Shown one piece after another: positions 37,078 to 47,677 of a stretch of 64,000 nt of DNA. The stretch comes from an uncultured Saprospiraceae bacterium. GTDB lineage: Bacteria; Bacteroidota; Bacteroidia; Chitinophagales; Saprospiraceae. The translations under genes were made by a program, and so were the position numbers. Under the pieces are notes generated by a model, which saw nothing but the letters and a program-made list of their open reading frames with translations, did not search any database and was not told the DNA's origin. Each line of letters begins with the position of its first letter. The stretch's first letter is position 1. Location: the NCBI GenBank assembly GCA_938045585.1, contig CALIAU010000004.1:25534-89533 (forward strand), read 5' to 3'.

Positions 37078-37872
37078 TTATTTAATTTGAAGTTCGGTTC
37101 TACGATTTTCTGCTTTCCCTTTTGCAGTATTATTATCTGCTCTTGGTGCCGTTTCACCCTTGGATGTAGCTACAATTTTATTTGCAGGCACTCCCTTACT
37201 AAGCAGATAATTTTTAATGACATCTGCTCTACGTTGACCTAGTCTAAGGTTTGAAGTTGTATCGCCTTCGTTGTCCGTGTGTCCAGAAAGATGGACTGTC
37301 TCGCCAGTACGTTTTACACGTATTGCTACTTCATCTAGATAGGACTCTACCTCATTGTCAGCAAGTTTATTTGTAGAATTCGTTGGGAAATAAATCAGTG
37401 TTCTGTCATCAATCTCCTTGACAGTTGCTGTATTTCTCAGTGAAGAGAATGCGATCAATCTATTCATCTCTTCTTTGCGACAATCTTCTCCTGCCTTCCC
37501 GTCTAGGATGCGGACTCTATCGTCATTCAAACTAAATAATTTCTTAACCGATAATGCACGTGCCAGCCCCAGTGATTTTTCTGAAGTCCCATTGGATTCG
37601 GCATCGTAGTTAAATCCTTTGATTTGTAATATCTCATTATCTTTTAGTGAATTCACAAGGGAATCTCTAAACCTTGTCCAGTTGGCTGCTCTGTCCGGGG
37701 TATCATCCGAACATGCAAAAGTTATAGGTGTGCTCACCGCAGGTAAGGTAGACATAGGAGCAACTGTACGTTGACTCACTTCAGTCGGAGCTGGAACACA
37801 ACATTGTTTTGAAATAAACCAATAGGCAAGACCTAGGAGAAGCCACAATATGAAAATTAAGGATGCTCTCAT
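37078..37872 (-). CDS. OmpA-family peptidoglycan-binding protein (N-terminally membrane anchored)
   Basis: C-terminal OmpA-like domain: GHTDNEGDTTSNLRLGQRRADVIKNYL...NRRTELQI. Confidence 0.8.
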   Translation of the reverse strand: MRASLIFILWLLLGLAYWFISKQCCVPAPTEVSQRTVAPMSTLPAVSTPITFACSDDTPDRAANWTRFRDSLVNSLKDNEILQIKGFNYDAESNGTSEKSLGLARALSVKKLFSLNDDRVRILDGKAGEDCRKEEMNRLIAFSSLRNTATVKEIDDRTLIYFPTNSTNKLADNEVESYLDEVAIRVKRTGETVHLSGHTDNEGDTTSNLRLGQRRADVIKNYLLSKGVPANKIVATSKGETAPRADNNTAKGKAENRRTELQIK

Positions 37873-37972
37873 AAGTCAGGTTGATTTTGAATTTTGTTAA
37901 TTCTTATTAATATAAGAAATTATTTCAGAGAGATTGTTAAAACAAAAGTTCAGAATCTTTAAAGAGAATAAT

Positions 37973-39733
37973 TTAGGTGATTTCTTCTAGAGACTGCTGC
38001 TCTACTAATTCGTAATAAAAGGACTTATTACTATACAGTTCTTTATGGGTACCCATCTCTACTATTTTGCCCTCATCTAAGACAATGATCTTATCAATAT
38101 CAAGATTTTTAAACAAACGATGTGTTATAAGTATAGCTGTTTTATTCTGTAGCATTGTATTTAGATAATTCAGAATGGTATTTTCTGTTTTGGTATCTAC
38201 TGCAGACAAACTGTCATCCATGATGATAATTTTAGGCTCCTTAATAAAGGCACGTGCTATGCTGACGCGCTGCTTCTGGCCACCAGACAAGGTAACACCT
38301 CGTTCGCCCACCATAGTCTTATACCCTTCTGGTAGATCTAGTATATCCTTATGTACTGATGCATACTCCGCAAATTCTTCCACTCTGCTGACATCCTCAT
38401 TATCATTACCAAATATGATATTGTTTTCAATGTTATCAGAAAACAGAAATACATCCTGCGGTACATAACCTATTTCTCGACGTATAATATCTAAATTATG
38501 TGTACGAATGTCTTTACCATCAATTAAGATTTCTCCCTCATGCACATCGTACATCCGCAAAAGCAAATCTGCCAAGGTTGTTTTCCCAGAGGCTGTCTTA
38601 CCTAATAGCATCAACTTCTCGCCTGGCTCTAATACAAAACTCACATTCTTCATTGCCTGTATTCCCGTATCAGGATAATTAAAACTTACATTTCTAAATT
38701 CAATCTTCCCTCTTACTGGATAATTATCCGCATTCATATTTTTAATCGCAGGTGTAATCTCCAATATTTCATTTATTCTTTTTTGAGAAGCATCAGCTTG
38801 CTGTATAATAGAAGCAATCCATCCTACCGCAGTAAATGGCCAGGTGAGGTAGTTTACATAAATTATAAATTCAGCAATGTGCCCATTGCTTATCTCCCCC
38901 TTATTCACTAAAATTCCTCCAATGTATATCGTGAGCAAACTACTCAAACTAATAAGCATGATCATAAGTGGAAAAAACAAGGCATTTACCTTGGCAAGAT
39001 CCATGGATTTATCCTTATACAAATTTGTTTCTGTTTCAAAAAATTCTCCAAACTGCTTTTCCTTAGAGTACGACTTTACAATGCGTATACCCGAGAATAC
39101 CTCTTGACTTATACTCGTCAACCGAGCAAGCTGCTTTTGAATGAGCTCACTCCGCTTATTTATCATTCGACTTACTATGTAGATACTAATCGATAGAAAC
39201 GGAAGAGGTATTAAGGTATACAACATCAATTTTGGACTCACCTGATACATAGCGATTAGGACAATACAGGTCATTGTACTCAGATTGATTCCATACAGAA
39301 TGGCAGGGCCTAGATACATCCTAACCTTGGAGACATCTTCTGAGACACGCGACATAAGATCACCCGTTTTCCATCTTTTAAAAAAATTGATATCCTGGGC
39401 TTCATAGTTCGTAAAAATTTCTTTTCTGAGATCATACTCTATCAAACGAGACATCACTATAATCGTCTGTCTCATCAGATACATAAATACTCCCATCATT
39501 GCACTAAAGCCTATAACCGTAATAGAGAACTTAAACAACTGTTCAGTGGGTATTTCTGATATTGCTGTCCCTTCACTGGCCTGTAAACTATCATAGACAA
39601 AGTCCAATGCTTTTCTTATCTCTTGAGGAATAAGTACTTTAAAATAATTAGACAGTGTTACAAACACTATCCCAAGCAACAAATGCCACTTATATTTGAC
39701 GAAGTACTTATTTAGATAAAAGAGATTTTTCAC
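37973..39733 (-). CDS. ABC transporter, fused permease/ATPase (type I exporter, MsbA-like)
   Basis: Six-TM N-domain. Walker A GKTASGKTT, signature LSGGQKQR, Walker B IIIMDDSLSAVD. Confidence 0.9.
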   Translation of the reverse strand: MKNLFYLNKYFVKYKWHLLLGIVFVTLSNYFKVLIPQEIRKALDFVYDSLQASEGTAISEIPTEQLFKFSITVIGFSAMMGVFMYLMRQTIIVMSRLIEYDLRKEIFTNYEAQDINFFKRWKTGDLMSRVSEDVSKVRMYLGPAILYGINLSTMTCIVLIAMYQVSPKLMLYTLIPLPFLSISIYIVSRMINKRSELIQKQLARLTSISQEVFSGIRIVKSYSKEKQFGEFFETETNLYKDKSMDLAKVNALFFPLMIMLISLSSLLTIYIGGILVNKGEISNGHIAEFIIYVNYLTWPFTAVGWIASIIQQADASQKRINEILEITPAIKNMNADNYPVRGKIEFRNVSFNYPDTGIQAMKNVSFVLEPGEKLMLLGKTASGKTTLADLLLRMYDVHEGEILIDGKDIRTHNLDIIRREIGYVPQDVFLFSDNIENNIIFGNDNEDVSRVEEFAEYASVHKDILDLPEGYKTMVGERGVTLSGGQKQRVSIARAFIKEPKIIIMDDSLSAVDTKTENTILNYLNTMLQNKTAILITHRLFKNLDIDKIIVLDEGKIVEMGTHKELYSNKSFYYELVEQQSLEEIT

Positions 39734-39876
39734 GCAACAAAGATAGTTTTATAGTCGTAAGAAAATGCTTAGTATAGTAACAATACAAGCAGGATTTAGT
39801 TGTAAGTGTAATTTTTACCCTATCTAAAAGTTTAATCATCATCCTTATATAATGTAGGAGACTAGGTTTGAATTCT

Positions 39877-39884
39877 TATTTTTG
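39877..39884 (+). promoter_or_regulatory. candidate -7 box (TATTTTTG) for fbp
   Basis: Exact TAnnTTTG match 20 nt upstream of the fbp ATG. Confidence 0.3.
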
Positions 39885-39903
39885 TCCCACTAAAGCAAAT
39901 TAA

Positions 39904-40908
39904 ATGAGCAAAATTGTCACTCTAGATGAGTTTATCATTAAGAGCCAAAAGGAAATTACCCACGCAACAGGCGAATTGTCACGACTACTAAGAGATATAG
40001 GTATTGCAGCGAAGGTAATTAATGTAGAGGTGAACAAAGCGGGCCTAGGGGAAATCCTAGGTGCGGCACAAAAAGAAAATAATACAGGTGATAATGTGCA
40101 AAAATTAGACATCTTTTCTAATGAGAAGATGATTGAGTTTCTTGCTAATAGTGGGGAGTGCTGCGGTATTGCTTCTGAAGAATTGGATGAATTTGTTACA
40201 CTACCGAATGTGCTTGACAAAGATGCAAACTATATAGTGGTAACAGACCCTCTTGACGGTTCATCTAATATAGATGTGAATGTTAGCGTAGGAACTATTT
40301 TCGGTATATATAAACGTGTTTCTTCTCCCAAGGAAGACTGCACACTGGCTGATTTTATACAAAAAGGTTGTGAACAAGTGGCTGCTGGTTATGTGCTCTA
40401 TGGCACTTCAACGATACTCGTATATACAACCGGAAATGGTGTAAATGGATTTACTCTAGATCCAGCCATTGGTGAGTTCTGTCTGTCGCATCCAAATATC
40501 AAAATGCCTGAACGAGGAAATTACTATTCTGTAAACCAAGGTTACTATCTTAAATTTGATTTGGAAATGCGACGATATATTGATCATTGTTCTGATCTTA
40601 ATCTACGCTTACGTTATATCGGAAGCATGGTATCTGACATCCATAGAATCATGTTCCAAGGCGGTATTTTCCTTTATCCAAATACACGTAAATATCCACA
40701 GGGAAAACTTCGCCTATTGTACGAAGCAAATCCAATAAGTATGATCGTAGAACAGGCGGGAGGCACTGCAATTAACACAAAACTAGAACGCATATTGGAT
40801 CTTGATGTTCATAAAATACATCAACGCACGACAGTTGTTATGGGATCTAAAGCGATGGTGCAAGAAATGAAAGAGTTTGTACAACGCTACAGTGCGATAG
40901 AAATCTAA
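39904..40908 (+). CDS. fbp: class 1 fructose-1,6-bisphosphatase
   Basis: DPLDGSSNID metal-binding motif, GSMVSDIHR and YPGKLRLLYE-type motif. 334 aa. Confidence 0.9.
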   Translation: MSKIVTLDEFIIKSQKEITHATGELSRLLRDIGIAAKVINVEVNKAGLGEILGAAQKENNTGDNVQKLDIFSNEKMIEFLANSGECCGIASEELDEFVTLPNVLDKDANYIVVTDPLDGSSNIDVNVSVGTIFGIYKRVSSPKEDCTLADFIQKGCEQVAAGYVLYGTSTILVYTTGNGVNGFTLDPAIGEFCLSHPNIKMPERGNYYSVNQGYYLKFDLEMRRYIDHCSDLNLRLRYIGSMVSDIHRIMFQGGIFLYPNTRKYPQGKLRLLYEANPISMIVEQAGGTAINTKLERILDLDVHKIHQRTTVVMGSKAMVQEMKEFVQRYSAIEI

Positions 40909-40909
40909 A

Positions 40910-41806
40910 CTATTTATATTTCCGCAAGACTAAATAAGGTAGGGCCTTATCGATATACATTGTATCCACCCCATCAAGATTACGTAGTGTCTCAGGATCA
41001 ACAGATGCTATGCCTTTGTTATTTCGTAAATATCGCTTAATGGCATGGGCAGCTCTGTAATTTATAAATTTATTTTTTTGGAGAGAATCCGCCGATAATT
41101 CGAAAATATTCCATCGTTTAAAGTGAGATGCATCTACTTTTAAGAAAGGTTTTAACTTTACAAACAAACTTGAATCAATGCTATACACTTCTGCAATTTG
41201 TTCAACCGAATGAAATCCTCCCAAGGCCTTTCGGAATTTCACGATTGTCTTTGCACGCTTCACTCCAATCCCTCGTAATTGCATAAATTCTTCTTCTGTT
41301 GCTTTATTAATATCTACAACAATATTTGGTTTTTTCGTCTTGAACTTTTTTTGACCAGTATACTTATCTGCACTAGACTTTTTATTAAAACCGTTTTTGG
41401 ATTTTTCTATTTGAATAAAAGTTTCTAAACGCAGGTAATCCTCTTCCTTAAGTCCATATATCTTTTTCACATCTTCCTTCCTTCTAAAACTATAGCCCTT
41501 ATCCAGAAAACCCATCCAAGAAGCAACTGCATAGCGATCCAGACCAAATGACTCTAAATCTTTTTCTTCGACCTTATTGGGATCAAAATTGCGCAAAACA
41601 ATAGAATCTCGTTCTTCTTTTAGATTAAGAGCTTCTTCAAATTGAATCCCAGCTATCAGATTTGTGGATGTCTTCTGATTAGGAATCGAAATTAAATCAG
41701 CTTTAAGCACACAAAGCAAAAGACTCATTCCTGTAACAAGTATAATACCCGCACGTTCCCTCTTATTAAATAAAAATATCGCCTTAAGATCAACCATAGA
41801 TAGCAA
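40910..41806 (-). CDS. ComEA-like helix-hairpin-helix DNA-binding protein
   Basis: N-terminal TM. INKATEEEFMQLRGIGVKRAKTIVKFRKALGGFHSVEQI is a classic ComEA HhH module, with a second degenerate copy. Overlaps comEC by 17 nt. Confidence 0.6.
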   Translation of the reverse strand: MLSMVDLKAIFLFNKRERAGIILVTGMSLLLCVLKADLISIPNQKTSTNLIAGIQFEEALNLKEERDSIVLRNFDPNKVEEKDLESFGLDRYAVASWMGFLDKGYSFRRKEDVKKIYGLKEEDYLRLETFIQIEKSKNGFNKKSSADKYTGQKKFKTKKPNIVVDINKATEEEFMQLRGIGVKRAKTIVKFRKALGGFHSVEQIAEVYSIDSSLFVKLKPFLKVDASHFKRWNIFELSADSLQKNKFINYRAAHAIKRYLRNNKGIASVDPETLRNLDGVDTMYIDKALPYLVLRKYK

Positions 41807-43874
41807 TTACTTTTTCTTCAGTTAGTGAATAATCAATTTCCAATTTTTCCAAAACGTCTATATACTTTCTCTTCTTATAGTTTGAAAAGCTTGCATCAAT
41901 GATGACGTGTTCAACCAAATAATTTTGTAATAGTTCTTCAAGGTCAATTGTAACAGCATGAGATAAAATCAAATAATCAATCCCAAATCCGAAATCGCTG
42001 TATACAGCTTCATTGTTAGAAACTATATACAGTATTTTATCTCCTACTTGATAAAACGGAGGGTTCACAAATACACTCGAATTTTCTTTGGCATCTAAAT
42101 AGGTTAAATCCTGCACCTTGATAATATCATGAACCGTTCGGTTTCGTTGAGCTGTATAGGCTATTCCTTCATTGCTTATACTCTCACTTTTAAGTGTATA
42201 GCATTGGTCTCCAACAAATATGTCTATTAAACTATCTTTTGGAACATTATATACAAAGCAGACTTTTTGATTTGCTGAGGCCAGAACGTTATAGCAAGCA
42301 TAGACCTGTAATACACTAAGAGACAAACAAAAAACCATGAAAGAGTCTCTTGATTCAAATAACAGTTTCAATCCTGAGACAAAGACTGCACTCAACAAAA
42401 TTATTTGAATGGGATCAAAAAATAAATTTTTTATAACAGCGCCTGGCAAATCCTGGATTGAATGGACACTCTGCAATAACAGATATAAACTAAAATTAAG
42501 AATCGGAGCAATAAGGTAGCTATTACATACTGGAAACAAAAAATCAAAAATGATTAAGCTAATCGATGTACATAGGATCACAAAGGCAGATGGAACAGCC
42601 ACTAATCCACTCAATACAAAATATATGGCGAACTGATTAAAGTAAGAGATTCCCAATGGCGCAACCAAAACTTGGGCAACAAATGAAAGTACTACTAAAT
42701 TTAATGCATACTGTAATACTTTATGTTGGTTTTGATAATGCTTTTGAATGATTGGCATAAACAACAGAATACTACTCAAAGCAAGAAATGAAAATTGAAA
42801 GCCAATCATAAACAATTGATACGGATTGTTCATTAGAATAAAAAAAGCGGAGGCTGCTAAATTATTGATAGAAGAAGTAGTTTTAGAAAAGATAACTGAA
42901 CTGAAATAAAATGAAAACATCAAACTCGCACGTAAGACAGCTGAACCTGAGCCTGTCACTAAAGCAAACATCCAAATGACAAAAAGGTACACTATCCATT
43001 TTACTAGCCTGTTTACAAATGATTCATGAGAGAAATAATTCAAAACCCATAAGACTATCATGCTAAGAATCCCAACATGCAAACCCGATACAGCTAAAAC
43101 ATGAATCGCACCGGTATTTATAAATGCATCTCGGGTCTCCTTATCTAAATCATCCCGCTGTCCTAAAAGCATAGCATTCGCAATCGCTAAACGTTCTTTC
43201 CCATTTATCCATTTTTCTAATACCTTATAGCAGTAGCTTCTGCAATCATTCGCCCATACTTCAAGTTTTGATATTTGTTCCTTATCAAGAATTTCCCAAT
43301 CTCCCTCTTTTAAGTATCCTAGCTCATGGATTTTCTTAAAATATAGATACCTACTGTAATCAAAGGAATTAGGATTGGGATTCTTTTTTACTTTGGAAAG
43401 TTTTGCGGAGAATTGAATACGATCTCCTATTTGGGGTGAATCTCCAGAAAGTGCATAATACAAGATAGTAGATCCCGAACAGTTAAACGCACTATCAGCA
43501 CCCACAATACAGTTTTCAAGATTAACTACTAATTCTATTCTTCTTTCTTTCTGACTAAGCGATTTTACTACTCCGACATATTGCTGAGCATCCTGTATTT
43601 TTGAAAAATGATGCTCATCGTTTAAGGGATTATTAGAATGGTAATGCAGTAAGCCTAATGCAAAAAAGAGACACTGCACTAAACATCCAAATAAGACTTT
43701 AAAGCCTTTTAATTTAAAATGGAGTAAGAGTAATAGAAGTGTACTTCCTAGTGAAAAGTAAAGAACATAATTTACGATTGAGTTGAGTTCATCTCTAAAT
43801 ACATCAGCACAAAATACCCCTAAGATCAAAGGAATTAAAATACGTACAAATGGATTCTGTCTGAAGTACACCAA
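41790..43874 (-). CDS. comEC: ComEC/Rec2-family competence membrane channel protein
   Basis: Polytopic membrane protein with the DUF4131-like N-region and competence-domain motif (GAIHVLAVSGLHVGIL). Confidence 0.8.
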   Translation of the reverse strand: MVYFRQNPFVRILIPLILGVFCADVFRDELNSIVNYVLYFSLGSTLLLLLLHFKLKGFKVLFGCLVQCLFFALGLLHYHSNNPLNDEHHFSKIQDAQQYVGVVKSLSQKERRIELVVNLENCIVGADSAFNCSGSTILYYALSGDSPQIGDRIQFSAKLSKVKKNPNPNSFDYSRYLYFKKIHELGYLKEGDWEILDKEQISKLEVWANDCRSYCYKVLEKWINGKERLAIANAMLLGQRDDLDKETRDAFINTGAIHVLAVSGLHVGILSMIVLWVLNYFSHESFVNRLVKWIVYLFVIWMFALVTGSGSAVLRASLMFSFYFSSVIFSKTTSSINNLAASAFFILMNNPYQLFMIGFQFSFLALSSILLFMPIIQKHYQNQHKVLQYALNLVVLSFVAQVLVAPLGISYFNQFAIYFVLSGLVAVPSAFVILCTSISLIIFDFLFPVCNSYLIAPILNFSLYLLLQSVHSIQDLPGAVIKNLFFDPIQIILLSAVFVSGLKLLFESRDSFMVFCLSLSVLQVYACYNVLASANQKVCFVYNVPKDSLIDIFVGDQCYTLKSESISNEGIAYTAQRNRTVHDIIKVQDLTYLDAKENSSVFVNPPFYQVGDKILYIVSNNEAVYSDFGFGIDYLILSHAVTIDLEELLQNYLVEHVIIDASFSNYKKRKYIDVLEKLEIDYSLTEEKVIAIYG

Positions 43875-43952
43875 GGCAATATTCTTTTACCCATTATGGG
43901 TAGAATACTACTGTGGTAATCAAAAGTTTACAGAAAAAAACTAAATCTGGTC

Positions 43953-46679
43953 CTAGCTAAACGCTTTTTTCACCAGATCCTTTTGTTGCTTATCATGCAC
44001 TTTTTTAAATCCAGTTGCTGGAGAAGCACTTGCTTTTCTAGACACAAGTTCAATAGGCTTATTACGCCAGTAACGCATTAAATAATCCCAAGAACCCATA
44101 TTTGCAGATTCTTCTTGCACCCATAAGAATTTAGCAGATTTGTATTTCTTAAATACAGCTTCTATCTGTTTTTCTGGATATGGATACAATTGCTCCATAC
44201 GCACAATTGCGGTGGAATCATCCTTTGCTTCTTCTTTATGCGCAAGCAAGTCATAATACACCTTCCCTGAACAAATAAGCACCTTTTTTATTTTCTTTGC
44301 ATCTGCACCTGCATCATCTATTACCTCTTGGAATTTAGTATTCCCAATGAAGTCATCAAATGAAGAAACAGCTTTTGGATGTCTTAAAATAGATTTAGGT
44401 GACATTACAATTAATGGCTTTCTAAACGGTCGTTCTAACTGTCTACGTAAGGCATGAAAGAAATTTGCGGGATTCGTAATATTCGCTATGCTAATATTAT
44501 TTTCCGCTCCCATTTGTAAGAATCTTTCAAGGCGCGCACTTGAGTGTTCTGGTCCCTGTCCCTCATAGCCATGCGGGAGTAACATAACAAGTCCACTCAT
44601 ACGTTGCCACTTACTTTCTGAGGCACTAATAAATTGATCCACAATAACCTGCGCACCATTATAGAAGTCTCCAAATTGTGCTTCCCAAATAACAAGATTA
44701 TCAGGGGATGCCAGACTATAGCCAAACTCAAAACCAAGTACTGCAAATTCGGAAAGAAAAGAGTTAAAGATTCTAAACTTCCCTTGATTTTCTGATATCC
44801 TAGACAATCTATTATACTCTTCAAAGTTTTCATTATCATACAATACAGCATGTCTATGAGAGAACGTTCCTCTACGCACATCCTGTCCACTAATACGTAC
44901 ATCTTTTCCAGCATGTAGAATACTCGCATATGCAAGAAGTTCTCCTAGTGCCCAATCCAATTTCTCACTTTCAATGAGTTTATTATTCGATTTTCTTAGT
45001 CTATTTACTTTGGAAAGAATATTGAAATCCTCAGGTAAATCCATTAATTTTTCCAGTAAAAAACTAATCTTTTCCTTATCCAAACCTGTGATCGGAGAAT
45101 CATCAAAGTCTTTATCTGTTGTGATCTTTTTTAACTTCTGCCACTCCATTTCTGGTTCTTGGTAGGTATACGGCAAGGGCTTTTGTTTAATTAGGTTCAA
45201 TCTATTTTGTAGATCGTCCCAAAATGTTTTCTCCATCTCCTCAGCAAGCGTCTTTTCAATTGCTCCTGAACTAACTAACTTCTGAATGTATAAATCTCTG
45301 GGATTGGGATGCTTGTTTATTATCTCATACATAAGAGGTTGGGTAAACTTAGGATCATCTCCCTCATTATGCCCATGCCTTCTGTAACATACCATGTCAA
45401 TAAACACATCATTATTGAATTTCTGTCTGTATTCTGTAGCAAGTTCTGCCGCAAATACCACTGCTTCTGGATCATCCCCATTTACATGAAATACGGGTGC
45501 TTGTACAAGTGAGGCAGCCGCTGTGCAATAGGTTGAAGATCGCGCTTCGTCAAAATCTGTTGTAAATCCTATTTGATTGTTAATTACAAAGTGAATTGTT
45601 CCACCTGTGTAGTAGCCTTCTAGTTGACTCATTTGTACCGTTTCGTAACTTACTCCTTGACCAGCAATGGCTGCATCTCCGTGAATAAGTATTGGAAGGA
45701 TACGGTCATAATCACTGTCATACAAAATATCTGCCTTTGCTCTAGCAAAACCTTCTAAGACTGGATTAACCGCTTCAAGATGAGAAGGGTTTGGTGCTAA
45801 TTTTAAATGTACAGTTTTTCCAGAGGGTGTGTCTACCATAGAAGAAAACCCTAAGTGGTACTTAACATCTCCATCTCCAAAACTATGATCTGGCACTGCA
45901 GTTCCTTCAAACTCATTGAAAATATTCTCGTAGGTCTTGCCCATAATATTTGCCAAGACGTTTAATCGACCTCTATGAGCCATACCTATAAGCACTTCTT
46001 CTACCTTATCAGAAGCCCCTTGGTTTATGATAGCGTCTAAAGCAGCTATCGTAGTTTCACCCCCTTCAAGAGAAAACCGCTTTTGTCCTATATATTTTGT
46101 GTGCAAGAATTTTTCAAAAACAACTGCACCGTTTAATTTAGATAAGATTCTTTTCTTTTTATCCTGTCCATGCCCGTAATCTGAATTGAGATTTCTATTT
46201 TCAATCTTATCTCTTAACCACATGCGTTTCTCTCTATTCTCAATATGGCAATATTCAAAGCCGATATTTCCACAATATATTTTATGCATGTGATCAATCA
46301 CCTGCTGTAAACTACCGTTTAAGATGCCTACCTCTGCTCCTGCGTTGGACATATAGGCCAAATCCTTTTCTGTTAAGCCGTAATCTGCTAAATCTAAGTG
46401 AGGTTTTCTATCTCTTCTGGCGCGAATAGGATTTGTTGTGGAAAGAAGATGTCCTCTACTCCTAAATCCATGAATAATAGATAAAACACTGAAATCCTTC
46501 TTACTAACTGGTTCAGACCCAACTGCAATACTGCTCCCATTCTTCTGATTCCCAAATTCGAAGCCTTCAAAAAAGACCCTCCAGCCTTCTTCGACAGAGC
46601 CAGGATCTGTCATATAATTCTTATAAATCTGGTCGATATAGCTCGGATGCGCGTTAAAAACGTAGGAATAGTCTTTCAT
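43953..46679 (-). CDS. sucA: 2-oxoglutarate dehydrogenase E1 component
   Basis: 908 aa. ThDP-binding region (GDAAIAGQG, HGHNEGDDP) and RFLQ...N motif typical of SucA. Confidence 0.9.
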   Translation of the reverse strand: MKDYSYVFNAHPSYIDQIYKNYMTDPGSVEEGWRVFFEGFEFGNQKNGSSIAVGSEPVSKKDFSVLSIIHGFRSRGHLLSTTNPIRARRDRKPHLDLADYGLTEKDLAYMSNAGAEVGILNGSLQQVIDHMHKIYCGNIGFEYCHIENREKRMWLRDKIENRNLNSDYGHGQDKKKRILSKLNGAVVFEKFLHTKYIGQKRFSLEGGETTIAALDAIINQGASDKVEEVLIGMAHRGRLNVLANIMGKTYENIFNEFEGTAVPDHSFGDGDVKYHLGFSSMVDTPSGKTVHLKLAPNPSHLEAVNPVLEGFARAKADILYDSDYDRILPILIHGDAAIAGQGVSYETVQMSQLEGYYTGGTIHFVINNQIGFTTDFDEARSSTYCTAAASLVQAPVFHVNGDDPEAVVFAAELATEYRQKFNNDVFIDMVCYRRHGHNEGDDPKFTQPLMYEIINKHPNPRDLYIQKLVSSGAIEKTLAEEMEKTFWDDLQNRLNLIKQKPLPYTYQEPEMEWQKLKKITTDKDFDDSPITGLDKEKISFLLEKLMDLPEDFNILSKVNRLRKSNNKLIESEKLDWALGELLAYASILHAGKDVRISGQDVRRGTFSHRHAVLYDNENFEEYNRLSRISENQGKFRIFNSFLSEFAVLGFEFGYSLASPDNLVIWEAQFGDFYNGAQVIVDQFISASESKWQRMSGLVMLLPHGYEGQGPEHSSARLERFLQMGAENNISIANITNPANFFHALRRQLERPFRKPLIVMSPKSILRHPKAVSSFDDFIGNTKFQEVIDDAGADAKKIKKVLICSGKVYYDLLAHKEEAKDDSTAIVRMEQLYPYPEKQIEAVFKKYKSAKFLWVQEESANMGSWDYLMRYWRNKPIELVSRKASASPATGFKKVHDKQQKDLVKKAFS

Positions 46680-46824
46680 TTGCTTCTATTTCTCATTTGG
46701 TTCACCCAAATGTAATAAGTAATTTCATTATTAGAACACTGTAATACTTGATATCTAATGCAAAAAAGACACCATTTTTTCAATTTTTTACTTGAAAATA
46801 GTTTCAATAAGAACAAAATTCGCT

Positions 46825-46832
46825 TACTTTTG
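46825..46832 (+). promoter_or_regulatory. candidate -7 box (TACTTTTG) for rpsT
   Basis: Exact TAnnTTTG match 26 nt upstream of the rpsT ATG at 46858. Confidence 0.3.
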
Positions 46833-46857
46833 CAATCCTTTAAGAAAATATACATTT

Positions 46858-47109
46858 ATGGCGCATCATAAGTCAGCAAAGAAAAGAATCAGACAAGACG
46901 AGTTAAAAAGAACTCAAAATAGATATTATAAAAAATCTACTAGAACAGCTATTGCTAAGCTTAGAGAGATTGAAGATAAGACGGAGGCTAAGAAATTCTT
47001 GCCAAAGGTTATCAGTATGATTGATAGACTGGCAAAAAGAAATACGTGGCATAAAAACAAAGCCTCAAACTTAAAAGGGAAGTTAATGAAACATGTTAAT
47101 GGTCTCTAA
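46858..47109 (+). CDS. rpsT: 30S ribosomal protein S20
   Basis: MAHHKSAKKRIRQDELKRTQNR... is the canonical S20 N-terminus. The tracked ORF begins at an upstream TTG (46792) that I regard as spurious. Confidence 0.9.
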   Translation: MAHHKSAKKRIRQDELKRTQNRYYKKSTRTAIAKLREIEDKTEAKKFLPKVISMIDRLAKRNTWHKNKASNLKGKLMKHVNGL

Positions 47110-47115
47110 ACAAAA

Positions 47116-47147
47116 AAGGTGTTGATAATATCAACACCTTTTTTTAT
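47116..47147. terminator. bidirectional rho-independent terminator between rpsT and the PUR-like gene
   Basis: aaggtgttgata-a-tatcaacacctt, a perfect 12-bp palindrome flanked by an A-run upstream and a T-run downstream. Lies between convergent genes. Confidence 0.7.
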
Positions 47148-47191
47148 ATCTATTTATTTCTAACTGATTTAGTTTAAATCAATTCTATTTT

Positions 47192-47617
47192 TTACCAAGA
47201 CATATCATCTTCTGAAACGGTAGCATCTCCTCCTTCATCAGCAGCTTTTGGTTCTTCTGTTGTGGTCTCCGTGCTAGTTCCTGCAGCAGCTGCAGCTTCT
47301 TCCGCCGCCTTACTTTCTTCCCACTCTTTCTGACGCTTTTCATACAATTCGTAATCGAAGTCTGGCAATAAGTCCGTTTTGATGTGATTAACCACCTCAT
47401 TGAGACTATTTGTAAATCTATTGAAATCCTCCTTATAAAGGAAAATCTTATGTCTCTCGTAGCCATCACTGTTAAACTTCTTAGTGCTTTCAGTAATCGT
47501 AATGTAATAATCATCTCCTTTCGTCTTTCTGACATCAAAGAAATATGTTCTTCTTTTTCCCGCCTTTACCTTAGTCGAGTAAATGCTCTCAAACCTGTTA
47601 CTTCCTTCAGAATCCAC
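47192..47617 (-). CDS. DUF3276 / PUR-alpha-like nucleic-acid-binding protein
   Basis: KAGKRRTYFFDVRKTKGDDYYITITES...HKIFLYKEDF pattern characteristic of the Bacteroidota PUR-like family. Acidic tail. Confidence 0.65.
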   Translation of the reverse strand: MDSEGSNRFESIYSTKVKAGKRRTYFFDVRKTKGDDYYITITESTKKFNSDGYERHKIFLYKEDFNRFTNSLNEVVNHIKTDLLPDFDYELYEKRQKEWEESKAAEEAAAAAGTSTETTTEEPKAADEGGDATVSEDDMSW

Positions 47618-47677
47618 TTTTAAACGTTTTAATTGTTATAAAATCTCTTAACAAATATAATTATTTTCCTTACACCA

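Noticed and set aside
39900-40220. 106-aa ORF antisense to fbp, with similar short antisense ORFs in priA, lysS, sucA and the ABC gene
   Set aside because: They overlap strongly supported conserved genes and have no motifs.
43875-46790. sucA is not followed by sucB (E2); a comEC gene is downstream instead
   Set aside because: Gene order varies between lineages, and E2 may simply lie elsewhere. This cannot be judged from one window.
46792-46857. TTG-initiated 22-codon extension of rpsT
   Set aside because: The canonical S20 N-terminus MAHHKSAKKR starts at 46858. The extension covers a candidate TAnnTTTG promoter box.
47185-47538. 117-aa minus-strand ORF overlapping the DUF3276 gene in another frame
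   Set aside because: It is a Lys/Arg-rich shadow frame of an acidic tail. The other frame carries the recognisable PUR-like motifs.
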